64,000 nt of DNA from Cyanidioschyzon merolae (lineage: Eukaryota): NCBI GenBank assembly GCA_000091205.1, contig AP006484.2; one strand, 5' to 3'. Numbering within the stretch: the first letter of the stretch is position 1; each line of letters opens with the position of its first letter. Positions 48,393 to 57,831 of the stretch are shown here, in pieces. A program made the position numbers and the translations under genes. Under the pieces are notes generated by a model that searched no databases, was not told the DNA's origin, and saw nothing but the letters and a program-made list of their open reading frames with translations.

Positions 48393-49724
48393 ATGAAGCA
48401 GACTGAGCCCATGGAAACTGAGACGCAGTCAGAAACGCCTACAGCACCAAGTTCACGTGAGTCCGTTTCTGAGCAGAGCGGGGCGGTGTCGGCCGAGTCA
48501 CGGAAGGTGTTGCCTCGGATCGCAAGTGCGGGCAATGAGCTCTATCGCGCAGCGGCGCCTGGTGTGCCATCCGCGGTGACTGCTTCGTATTCTGACTTTA
48601 TTGCACAACAGCAGCATTATCAGCAGCAACAGAGAAGTTTAAGCGGCAGTGGTGGCAGCGGTCTTCGTCATAGCTTTTCGTGGGGTTCGTTCGTAGCGGC
48701 ACCACCGTTCGCCGTCGGGTATGGAAGCGGTATCGGAGGCAGCGTCCCTAACCTGAGCTCTGGGGCTGCCCCGTTGGGTGCCGCAGAGATTCTCGCACAA
48801 AACGCATACCTCCACTCGGAACTAAACCGGGCGCAGTCGGAAATACAGGCACTACGGAATCGTATTTACGAGCTGGAGATGCACCTGGGGGTTGCCAGCT
48901 GTGGCGTCCGTTCCCCGACTGAAAGAGCATCAACACCTCCAGCTCCGGCGAGCGCTGGTCAGGGCAAGGCGCCAGGCAGCAGCACTGCGGTCGCTTTGGG
49001 CTCTGGGCCAGTGCTGACTGCGCCGCCGCCCTTGCACGTAGCAACTGCAGTTCCGTTTGGAGGATCAGCTGCGATACCGGCTTCTGGTGTTGGCGCGCTG
49101 TACTCTAACAATCGAGTGATGCCCTGCATGTCAATGCCGCATAGCTCGAGTCCACTGAATTTGCCAGCCTGGCGACCAGATCGGTTTTCGCCGTCTCCAC
49201 CACCCGCCCAGTTTGGCAGCGGCCTCAGCACCAGCGCTACTACTGCATCTGGGCGCGCGGCATCTGTGCCAAACCAACCGTTTTCCTCTGCTGGACCTGG
49301 TAGTAGTCATGCGCGGCCGGGGCTCGCCGCAAAGAGCATGCTCGCCCGACACGATTCTCTAGGTTCCATCAGCAAAGACAGCCATAACAGCCACGCGGAT
49401 GAATACGGAACTGGGGGTTACAGCAGCAGCAGTGGAAGCAGTCTTCGTATTGGAGAACGTAGACGATCTCAATCATCCTCGAAACGACGTGGAAGAGCCT
49501 CATCAGTGGGGTCGGCACCGGAGACCGGAACCCCGCAGCCACGGTACTGGACTCAGGAGGAACACCAACGTTTCCTGGAAGCTCTGGAAAAATTCGGAAC
49601 CCGGAACGTGAGAGCGATCAGCGAGTATGTTGGTACTCGAAACGCAACGCAGGTTCGCACCCATGCACAGAAGTACTTCTTGCGGCTCACTAGAGAGGCA
49701 GAGAGGAAAACCTCGCGACCATGA
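48393..49724 (+). CDS. MYB-like transcription factor (single SANT/MYB repeat, SHAQKYF class) with a long Ser/Ala/Gly-rich N-terminal region
   Basis: The C-terminus has RYWTQEEHQRFLEALEKFGTRNVRAISEYVGTRNATQVRTHAQKYFLRL, which is a canonical SHAQKYF-type MYB repeat. Confidence 0.7.
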   Translation: MKQTEPMETETQSETPTAPSSRESVSEQSGAVSAESRKVLPRIASAGNELYRAAAPGVPSAVTASYSDFIAQQQHYQQQQRSLSGSGGSGLRHSFSWGSFVAAPPFAVGYGSGIGGSVPNLSSGAAPLGAAEILAQNAYLHSELNRAQSEIQALRNRIYELEMHLGVASCGVRSPTERASTPPAPASAGQGKAPGSSTAVALGSGPVLTAPPPLHVATAVPFGGSAAIPASGVGALYSNNRVMPCMSMPHSSSPLNLPAWRPDRFSPSPPPAQFGSGLSTSATTASGRAASVPNQPFSSAGPGSSHARPGLAAKSMLARHDSLGSISKDSHNSHADEYGTGGYSSSSGSSLRIGERRRSQSSSKRRGRASSVGSAPETGTPQPRYWTQEEHQRFLEALEKFGTRNVRAISEYVGTRNATQVRTHAQKYFLRLTREAERKTSRP

Positions 49725-49918
49725 CACCACCGCCTTTCGAAAGTCGAACGACGTCGCCGACGGTATAGCGTAGTGGCGGCAAACGGGCCTTAGACAAATC
49801 GTCTCCAACTGATGTGCAGACGCCTCCCCGTCTTTTTCGACCGGCCACGCACTACTGGTTCCCACTTTTTCTCATATAGTTCGATTTTGAGGGGTTGTCC
49901 TACAAAGGACCTTGTTGT

Positions 49919-50791
49919 CTACTCTGGAGGTCTTTTCTCCAGCACCGCACATCTCCTTATATTGATAGCGGCGTTAAAGTCTCTGTTAACAAATTCCATA
50001 CGTTTCTTGCCATCATTGGTTGTACTTACTAGTGCAAGTAGTCCTCGAACTTTTGCCATCCTTTCCATTTGCTCGTCTGTCAGCGGTCCGTACTTTGCGA
50101 TTTCCTCAGGGCTCCACTGGCACTTTTCCATCTCGACCCTCTGAAGTCTACACCCCAGTTCATGGTGCGTATACGATGTTCGGAACTCATCTACGGATAT
50201 TGTAACGAAACGTCGTGCACACTCTTTGTACACCCTCGTCGTTGGAGAAGACGTATTCTCTTTCTTGGGCGCCCAGCGCCCTGCCCCATACGCTACTACG
50301 AGCCTCTGACTCTCATCCTCCTTCAAGGCGACCAACTGATTGAAAAAGTTGGCAAACGCCCGCTGTTTCCCGCCGTATAGATTCATTCGCAAACGAGCCC
50401 ACCGGGGCTTGGTATCCTCCTCCCACAGCGCATCCCAATGAGCAACACGAATTTCCATGAATTTCCGAAAAGCTTCAAAGTCCGCTCCTCGGCTCGTCAC
50501 CTCGCTCAAAGCTCCCAGGTGATCCTTCATTCCTGAATTCCAAGTCTCGATTTTCTTCCTCGCATTCATCATTCCCAATTCTCGATAGTATCTCGCTCTC
50601 GAGAACCCCAAAAGACGCATGTCTTTCTGACGCAAGTTACCGTCAATGCCATCTTCCGCACGCTTTGGTGCTGCGATGGTTATGATATTCGTGTTCCCAG
50701 GGTCCGCGCCAACGACAAAGTCGTTATCCTGCACTTTCTGTGTCCGAGGGCCCGCCTTCTTGTTTTCTACATGCTTCGCCGCGCCAACCAT
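49919..50791 (-). CDS. RuvC-nuclease segment of a TnpB/Fanzor-like protein (C-terminal 290 aa)
   Basis: RuvC-I: VVGADPGNTNIITIAAP (compare GIDxG). The pre-zinc-finger motif is SVDEFRTSYTHHELGC (compare VDPRYTSQTC in TnpB). RuvC-III: FVNRDFNAAINIRR (compare DxNAAxNI). A CTGGAG-7nt-CTCCAG hairpin at 49924-49942 overlaps the last codons. The stop codon is TAG at 49919-49921. Confidence 0.75.
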   Translation of the reverse strand: MVGAAKHVENKKAGPRTQKVQDNDFVVGADPGNTNIITIAAPKRAEDGIDGNLRQKDMRLLGFSRARYYRELGMMNARKKIETWNSGMKDHLGALSEVTSRGADFEAFRKFMEIRVAHWDALWEEDTKPRWARLRMNLYGGKQRAFANFFNQLVALKEDESQRLVVAYGAGRWAPKKENTSSPTTRVYKECARRFVTISVDEFRTSYTHHELGCRLQRVEMEKCQWSPEEIAKYGPLTDEQMERMAKVRGLLALVSTTNDGKKRMEFVNRDFNAAINIRRCAVLEKRPPE

Positions 50792-51160
50792 AAAGGCGTT
50801 ATCCTACACCTCCTGCATCACAGGATCCGCCTCCTTCTCGTGTTCACCCTTGGTCACGTTAACGACAAAGTCGTTATCTTGCACTATCTGCTTCTCAGAA
50901 CGCGCCTTGTTGTTTTCTTCATGCTCAGACAGGCCAGCGACAAGGTTGTCATCCTCCACCTCCTGCATCGCAGGACCAGCCTCCTCCTTTTCTTCATCCT
51001 TCGTCACGTCAACGACAAGGTCGTTATCCGCACCTCCTGCGTCGCAGGATCCTCCTCTTTGTTTTCTTCATCCTTCGCCACGTCAAGGACGAGGTCATTA
51101 TCCTCCACTTCCTATGTCGCAGGACCAGCCTCCTCCTTTTCTTCATCCTTTGTCACGGGC
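50700..51160 (-). repeat. Internal tandem repeat inside the Fanzor-like gene: about 6 units of 75-78 bp encoding an acidic 25-26 aa module ([25 protein letters not shown]...)
   Basis: Repeats are visible on both strands. The plus-strand ORFs 50646-51248 and 50771-51205 show reiterated DKVVILHLL and TTKSLSCT strings. The minus-strand frames give [13 protein letters not shown](M/T)QEVEDDNLV units. Confidence 0.85.
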
Positions 51161-53832
51161 GCAGCCGAGGGCGCAACTGGCCGATCTCCCTTCAACGGCC
51201 GATAGTGTATACACAAGGCTACTCCATCGGTTTCAATCATCCCGCTGAACAACTTCTGCTTGCTCACTCTCAGAGGTTTGAAATCGAAGATGCTCTTCCT
51301 GTACGTCTCCCGGTTTTTACCAGAGAATTCCTCTGTGCTAACATTGGACTCTGGACTGATCTCCTTCATGATGCCATGAAGGACGCCGGAGTTGATAGTC
51401 ACAAAATGTGACTCGATCTTGCACATTGGAACCACGTTGAAGCGCTTACCCATTAGGACAGACTTCCGTCTCTCCCACTCTTCATTTGTCTCTTCACTCA
51501 GCTTCATCTCCGCTTCGCGTTCGAGTTCACGGTCCAAAAACACAAGATACCGCAGGGAGAGGCGATAGTATTTTTCCTTATCTATTTTCAACTCTGATAC
51601 CTTTTCTGTTGGATTCACCAGCCCCAAGACTGCACGGTGCTCTTGTATAGCCGCACGGGTTACAGAAGCTTCATTCGTGCTCCCTTTTGACGTCTACTTG
51701 TCGACAAATTCGACCTCACCTTGATGCTTGCGATCTCTCGTGATGCCATTGATCATCGCCCATATTCCTTTGCGAGAGATACCTGGGTAGAGTGCAACCG
51801 CGGCGCGTACTATGAAACATTCGAGGATCACTGTCAAATGGTTCTTCAGATTCGTGAGGTACTTCATCGCTCCGTATGTGTAAATACCCTGGCCACCCTT
51901 GTATCGATTACCCTCGAAGCGGAATTCCGCGAAGTTTTCGTGGAGGCCGTCCACTAGCACATTTTCCTTCCGCGCTTCCGCTGTACCAAAGATGAGGTAA
52001 CGAAAAAAGGTCTTTTCGAAAAACTCGTCCGGAATCTCGACCGTTTCCATGTGCGTCACGTCGCGATACATCTCCCTCGCTAAATGCATCAGTCCTGACG
52101 ACGCCTCTATAATACTCTTGGAGTCCGAATCGACACGGTTTCTGATAGCGTCTCGCAAATTTTCTCTGCAGGGATCCTTGACATGTCCAAGAAGAGAGGT
52201 ATTCACAACCATCTCGTTGTACAGTCGTCTTTCTTGCAGCCTTCGACGCAGGACCTTCCCCTTTTGGGTCTTCTTCTCTTCCTTTTCTCCTGGACTCGGC
52301 ACTGTTTTTTGTTTTTTCTGGCAGCCTGCGACCCTGGGCCTCCAGGATCGTCGACTTCCTTTTCATAACTTTTCTTTTCTAGTTTTTTTAAATGAACCCT
52401 CTGTGAACGCTTCTGTTATATACTGCGAAAAATCAATCGAATATTTTCACTTGAGGGTTGAAACACAATCGAACTAAAAACTATACTTGCCTATGAAATT
52501 AACGAAAATACAACTTTTACACGAGAGCTAGACGCTAAAGATCAAGATCACGTTTCCCTTCAACGGCGGCGCGCGCGTCGTGTCTCATATCTGCCCCAAC
52601 TCTCAGGTACGCTCATCGAGCGCGATGCATGCGCTGCGCGAGACGCCTCATCGATCGATGAAGGACACGTGTCCGACACCCCGCCTTGGCATATGCGTGT
52701 TTGTATCGCGCTGCAGCTGAAGTAAAGTATCGTAGATTGGAAACTCACGTAGAGTAATCTCTTGCTATAGGCTCTGTCGCTGGTGCCGAAGCTACTGCCC
52801 ATCGCAGTACCGCCTTGACATACATGGAGATGTAGGGGCCTGGCACGATACCCCTCGACGCTTCTATCAAAAGCGTAGCGTTCTCTGCGGCTTACGCTTG
52901 TCTGGATAAGGTACGCATCACTCTAGCCTTGAAGAGTTTCGTTAGTTTTATTGATCGTAAACAAACAAGGGACGGTAGGATTCCTGAACACGGACATACG
53001 TTTAATTCCTATGCTTGTTATGCATGCCGCACGGACGCTGGAATAAGGACCTGACCTGAATTTTGCTTCTATCCCGCGTCATGGGCTAGAACCGATGATA
53101 GTTCAAGTCATTTCCATGCTATCGTCGTTGTCCAAGTTATGATGCCCGCTACGTCCCCCGGATCCGGTGGTCTCGGCAGAGGCATACCACATATGTGGCG
53201 TCCATATCTGCCACGACGTTTGAGCCTTGCATCTCGCCTGGCACGATCGAGGCATCCGGCAATAGCACATATTGTGTTCTGATCTACTCTATAAGATTGG
53301 TTTCAAGAGCCTAACCCGTACATCGAGCCCGGAAGCGACATAGCCAACAACAAATGCCTTTGAAAAGAAAAACTTTTTCGCCGGCCGTGCAGAGTAGTGG
53401 CGAGTGACCCGCCCCAGACATGACGTGTCCAACTGACGTGCAGACGCTTCCAAAATAACGTAGCGCCGGAGGAAATTCCTTTACACCTCCTCTACGTTAT
53501 TCGTCAGTGAGCTGCTGCGACGTGTCTTCACGATAATTGTGATCTCTGAACTCAGCATCGCGGAGCGCTGACCGACCAGTACTGACGAGATTGTTGCTCG
53601 GAAAACAGCGAGTTTTGCCTAGTTTCTGAGAAATACTTTCAGCGCTTGTGCGGGTTGTGCTCAAAGTTGGACAGTCCAGGGGAGATTGAGGTCGGCATCA
53701 GCACCAATGGACGGGCGATCACACGTGCAGCAACGCAAAAGATGTTTTCGACTGGATATGCACACCTACGCGAAAGACTCTAGCCGGTGACGTGATCGAC
53801 AGCTTTGCACCGGAGAAAATCTAACCGAGAAA

Positions 53833-54891
53833 ATGCAAGCTCTTTTCGTGTCTGTCCCGTTGTACCAGGAAAGACACATTGTTCGCGCGCGCGCTGCAAT
53901 TCGAGCACCGTTCCCGCTGCGTACTGCACGTGATGGGTGCTTCGCAGCTGGACATTGTCAACATTGTCAGCATCCGCTGCCCTTTGTGGTGCAGCGTTCG
54001 CCTGTAGCGCGCCGGCATCGTATGCTGCATCTTCATATGGGCCCGAAACAGTCGCAGATCGCCGTGATCACTGGCGCGTCCTCTGGGGTCGGTCTGTATG
54101 CAGCTCGCGCTCTGATCAACAAGGGCAACTTGCACGTCGTCATCGCATGTCGTGACATCGACCGGGCGGAACGCGCAGCAAACAGCGTGAACCTTCTAAA
54201 GGACGCCTATACCGTGCTGCATTGTAGTCCGGCTGATTTTGCCTTTGTACTAAAGTTTGTGAGAGAGCTATCGAGTGTGGCGCGCATCGATCACCTAGAT
54301 ACCCTGATCTGCAATGCCGCAATCTGGCATCCGCGGGACAAGAAACCGCGTTTCACGGTGGACGGCATCGAGGAAACCATGCAGGTATGCCATCTGAGCC
54401 ATTTGCTTCTATGCCGGGAGCTGTTGCCGAAGCTGAAAATATCGCGCGGGCGCATTGTGTTTCTGACAACTCAGACCCATTCGACGAATTCGCTGCCGGG
54501 AAGGATCCCCCCGCGGGCTCGCCTCGGCGATTTGTCTGGTCTAGCCGCGGGGCTTGATCCGCAGACGACTGGCATGGTAGGCAGTGGTCCGTTTGAGCCC
54601 ACAAAAGCCTACAAAGTCGCCAAAGCCGCTAGCGTGTTGACAATGAAGGCGCTTAGTGATCGATACGGCCGCGATGGGGTGACCTCTGTGACGATTTTCC
54701 CGGGATGTGTCGCCGATAGCAACCTCTACCGCGAAAAGCTTGGCTGGTTCCGCTACGTATTCTTCCCGATTCTTCAGAAGTATATCACTCGGCAATACGT
54801 TCCGAATGATGAGGCCGGCCGCCGTATAGCCGAAGTGGCGACCCAGGGACAGTTCTCGGACTCGGGCTCGTATTATCAGTGGCGTGGCTAA
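53833..54891 (+). CDS. Light-dependent protochlorophyllide oxidoreductase (LPOR)-like short-chain dehydrogenase, with a roughly 75-aa basic N-terminal extension
   Basis: VITGASSGVGLYAARALINKGNLHVVIACRD...YTVLHCSPADFAFV...LDTLICNAAIW...NSLPGRIPPRARLGDLSGLAAGLD...KAYKVAKAASVLTMKALSDRY...VTIFPGCVADSNLYREKLGWFRYVFFPILQKYITRQYVPNDEAGRRIAEV...SGSYYQW. It is collinear with plant and cyanobacterial LPOR, including the LPOR-specific loop ([25 protein letters not shown]) and [24 protein letters not shown]...SGVYWSW. The ORF stops about 40 aa short of canonical LPOR (see findings). Confidence 0.7.
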   Translation: MQALFVSVPLYQERHIVRARAAIRAPFPLRTARDGCFAAGHCQHCQHPLPFVVQRSPVARRHRMLHLHMGPKQSQIAVITGASSGVGLYAARALINKGNLHVVIACRDIDRAERAANSVNLLKDAYTVLHCSPADFAFVLKFVRELSSVARIDHLDTLICNAAIWHPRDKKPRFTVDGIEETMQVCHLSHLLLCRELLPKLKISRGRIVFLTTQTHSTNSLPGRIPPRARLGDLSGLAAGLDPQTTGMVGSGPFEPTKAYKVAKAASVLTMKALSDRYGRDGVTSVTIFPGCVADSNLYREKLGWFRYVFFPILQKYITRQYVPNDEAGRRIAEVATQGQFSDSGSYYQWRG

Positions 54892-57831
54892 TATATGGAA
54901 GGTCGAGAGAAGACGAAACCGCAGGTTATTGAACCAACTTACGTAATCGACAAGGCAGATCAGCTTTACGAACTGAGTTTTGACGATATAGACCAGATGT
55001 TGCGGCGGCGTGGCCTCAAGTCGGATCTCTTGTTCCTGAATAAAGTGTGTTGGCTTCGAAGATGAGAGGCGCCTTTGGTGCGCACACCGCCGCTTCAAGG
55101 ACAGATGTGGGAGCAACGGTGACCAAGGAGGTGGCCTGCGGCAGTTCCGATCGGATATTGAACGAGTGAGATGGCGCTCCTCCTGATGTGAAGAGCGAAC
55201 AATGCTTCGCAAGTCATAATGCGTGATGCAATAGTGATTAATCTAGTGATAGCTATGAACTGCTACCCACTGAATGCACCAGAGAATGCTGAAAGCGGTC
55301 GTCATCGGAGTAGAGCGCGTTTGCTGCAACTGCAGAGAGCGCATTTGTCCTGGAATACAGAATAAAGTTTTCAGAATTGGGGATATCTATTGTTGGAGCT
55401 TATTTTGGGATTTGGTGCATAATATGACATGCATTTGGAGATCCTTCCCGGGCGTAGGACGGATGTATCGCACCAGAGTTTCCGGGGAAAGAAATGGCTG
55501 CATGGGTACAATGGAAAAAATGAGTGGCAACTTCCGAGTATTGACAGGTACTACGAGTTCCGGAGTAGTCTATTGTTTTGCACCAGTGCGTCTTAGCATC
55601 CGGACGCTGTTTCAGGATATATCAGTAGATTGCAAAAGCCGAACGACAGCAACCGAGCGTCGAGAAAGAAGGAGCTGGACTACGAAGGTGCCATGAAGTC
55701 CGTCGGCGCCCTCCCCGTGCGTACAGTGGAAGCAGTGCTGAAGAAGAGCAACGTGGGTCGTGCTTGAACACCGCCATTATGACGAGGAAGCAGGGTGCAC
55801 CATCTCTACAGATTAAAATGGATCGAGGCAGACTCTCCCGAGAAGGTAAATTGTTAAATAAAAGGATGTTTCAGGCATTCATCATCTACTGCCGGGGACA
55901 ACTTGCGAAGATCATGGTGCAAGAACGGACTGAGATTCTGTTTTCGTTCCACACAGAATACAGCAGGGCAAGCAGCTGAACCACTCAAGCAGTCTGCTGG
56001 TTAGATTGCTAATAATATTCCAGAGGCTGAATCGTACCATGAAGAAGCTCTTGATTCCCAAATGCGCCTTCACATGCGAGAAGCACCAAATAACCTCTGA
56101 TGAAGCGGTAGCAGCGTGCCATCGGACACAGATCAGTGTGAGAGGCCCAAGGAATGGATCATGGCTCCGCTCACTGACAGAGCCGGTGAGCGAACCTCGC
56201 GCGAGTACTTCGATAAAAGAGAACAAGGAATCCAGGGCGAGGTATCTGGGTAGAGAGTTCAAGAAAATAGGATGCGTTCCGGGGAACGTGCTTTATGAAA
56301 AGCACACTGCGAGACAAGTGCTGGCATAAATTCCTGAGCGAGGCGGAAATTCGAGATAGAATTGGTCTGTCGACTTGGTCGCTCTGTCTTGCTGTTAATT
56401 CGATAACTATGCGGAGACTTTCCTCGATCTTGCTGGGGAAACTGTTGGGTGTCCAAAGGTATATATGGTACCTCTAAATTGCCCGCTACTCGCCAAAATC
56501 GTTACGGAACGACGCCACCGGGAATATCATTTTTGATGGTACTAGGCACCGTCATGGAAAAGCTGTTGCATATTATGCGACTCCGACCAAGCAGTTACGA
56601 GTGATCCGATCTCGATTAACGAATCCGCAGACTTTCGGGCGTTTTCTTGGCTGCTGTCAAAAGACCAATTCAGACCAATGCCTTTCCGAAGTCCATATAA
56701 GTTCCCACTCCGAGATGCGAGACTAGGTATTGTTCTGTACCGAGAAACCACGGGGTAGGCGCGATACCGTGAGGCTGACACTCAAATAGATAGAGTTATT
56801 TGTAGCACCAGAAAAATGATTGCAGGTCGCAGATGTAAAAACAGACGCCACGGAGCGTTTGTTGGAAAACTTGATGAAACGTTATAAAGTCTCCGATTGG
56901 GCTAGCATCTTCCGCGGACCACCGGTCTGCGCGAGCCTTGAAAATGCTTGTTGGTGTCCGGCTTGCCAGAAGCGGTTGACACACACGTCTCCAAGCTTAG
57001 GCCGAACGAGGTTAGATGAAGAAAACACCTACGAATTCTCGCTTCGTAGGTTGAAGGTCGAAGCATGGGTACGCGTATATGCGTTCCACTTCGAACGATG
57101 ACGGCCTGTCCCTAAAGAGAGACCACTTCCCACGCGAGAAATATTTCTTAGTTTTCCTCGCAATAGAGACGCAGGAGCTCATTATTCGATGTTTTCTGTA
57201 TAAAATAAACACCAATGGTACAGAGGAAGACAAACCTCCCATGTACTCCGCCTGGCTGTCTCCACCAGAAAAGGACTGCTAAACACAAACAGTAAAACGG
57301 AATACTTCCACCACAATCGTCTTGCGAAAACTTAAGATAGATGAATCGCTTTAGGAATACATCTGCCTTTCAGGTGGAAGACGAACCTCAGCAACTGACA
57401 GTTCGTTATTCGCTATCCTTCTTACCCAGAGCCGTGACCTGCTGAACCCTGCTGACTCGCACTTGGAAGGAGCGGTACTCGGGAGTTACTCATTCGAATG
57501 AAATCCCACCAGCCCATATATAGTTTTTAGTACCTCTCCCAACTTGGATATTTCGGGCTATGGGCCCCGAATTCCCTACGTCCGTTGTGGTACAGTCTCG
57601 ACATCAACGTGAATTCTTCATCGCATCATGATGACCCCAATTCAAATTCCTCTGCAATGCGCGCGCGTTTCGCGTTTTTGGCGCTATCACGTTGTGCGTT
57701 GTTGTTCTGGCTTTCACAACACACGGCGGTTACGTTCGTGTTGGCCATAACGAAAAAACAATAGTGAAGATATATTCACGCAAGAAAGAACAAATATCCG
57801 TATTTATTGGACTGAGAGAGCGTCGAACGAG

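Larger units (their letters stand above)
49919..52302 (-). pseudogene. Fanzor/TnpB-like gene, conceptual length about 790 aa, interrupted by three in-frame TAG codons and one 1-nt deletion
   Basis: Pieces: 51694-52302 (202 aa, basic N-terminus MPSPGEKEEKKTQKGKVLRRRLQERRL), 51112-51627 (171 aa), the repeat block 50804-51111, and 49919-50791 (290 aa). ORF1 and ORF2 share a frame and are separated by a single TAG at 51694-51696, with 22 open codons between them. ORF2 ends with TAG (51112-51114) where sibling repeats have CAG. A 1-nt deletion near 51030 sits in a repeat (gaggtgcggataacgacc against gaggtggaggataatgacc). TAG at 50804-50806 sits where sibling repeats have GAG. Tim13 terminates at TAG, so reassignment of that codon is unlikely. 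Confidence 0.6.
49768..53452 (-). mobile_element. Putative Fanzor (eukaryotic TnpB-like, IS200/IS605-related) element. It is bounded by two roughly 60-bp direct repeats. The 3' end lies about 44 bp downstream of the MYB gene stop codon; the 5' end lies about 380 bp upstream of the LPOR-like gene.
   Basis: The two direct repeats are gtagtggcggcaaacgggccttagacaaatcgtctccaactgatgtgcagacgcctcc (49770-49827) and gtagtggcgagtgacccgccccagacatgacgtgtccaactgacgtgcagacgcttcc (53394-53452). A disrupted TnpB/Fanzor-like gene sits inside at 49919-52302. A degenerate second copy elsewhere in the window supports mobility. Which end is left or right, and the exact termini, are inferred and not demonstrated. 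Confidence 0.45.

Noticed and set aside
51628-51693. A short intron removing the TAG at 51694
   Set aside because: I tried GT...AG combinations around the TAG. None gives an intron whose length is a multiple of three and also a plausible size (candidates were 68, 76, 56 and 18 nt). Splicing is not supported from sequence alone, but RNA data could overturn this.
49919-52302. Stop-codon reassignment or read-through as the explanation for the in-frame TAGs in the Fanzor gene
   Set aside because: TAG terminates the Tim13 gene and the nuclease ORF itself; SPT6 ends at TAA and SAHH at TGA. Two of the internal TAGs sit where sibling repeat units have CAG or GAG, and a frameshift is also present. 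Decay of the gene is the simpler reading.
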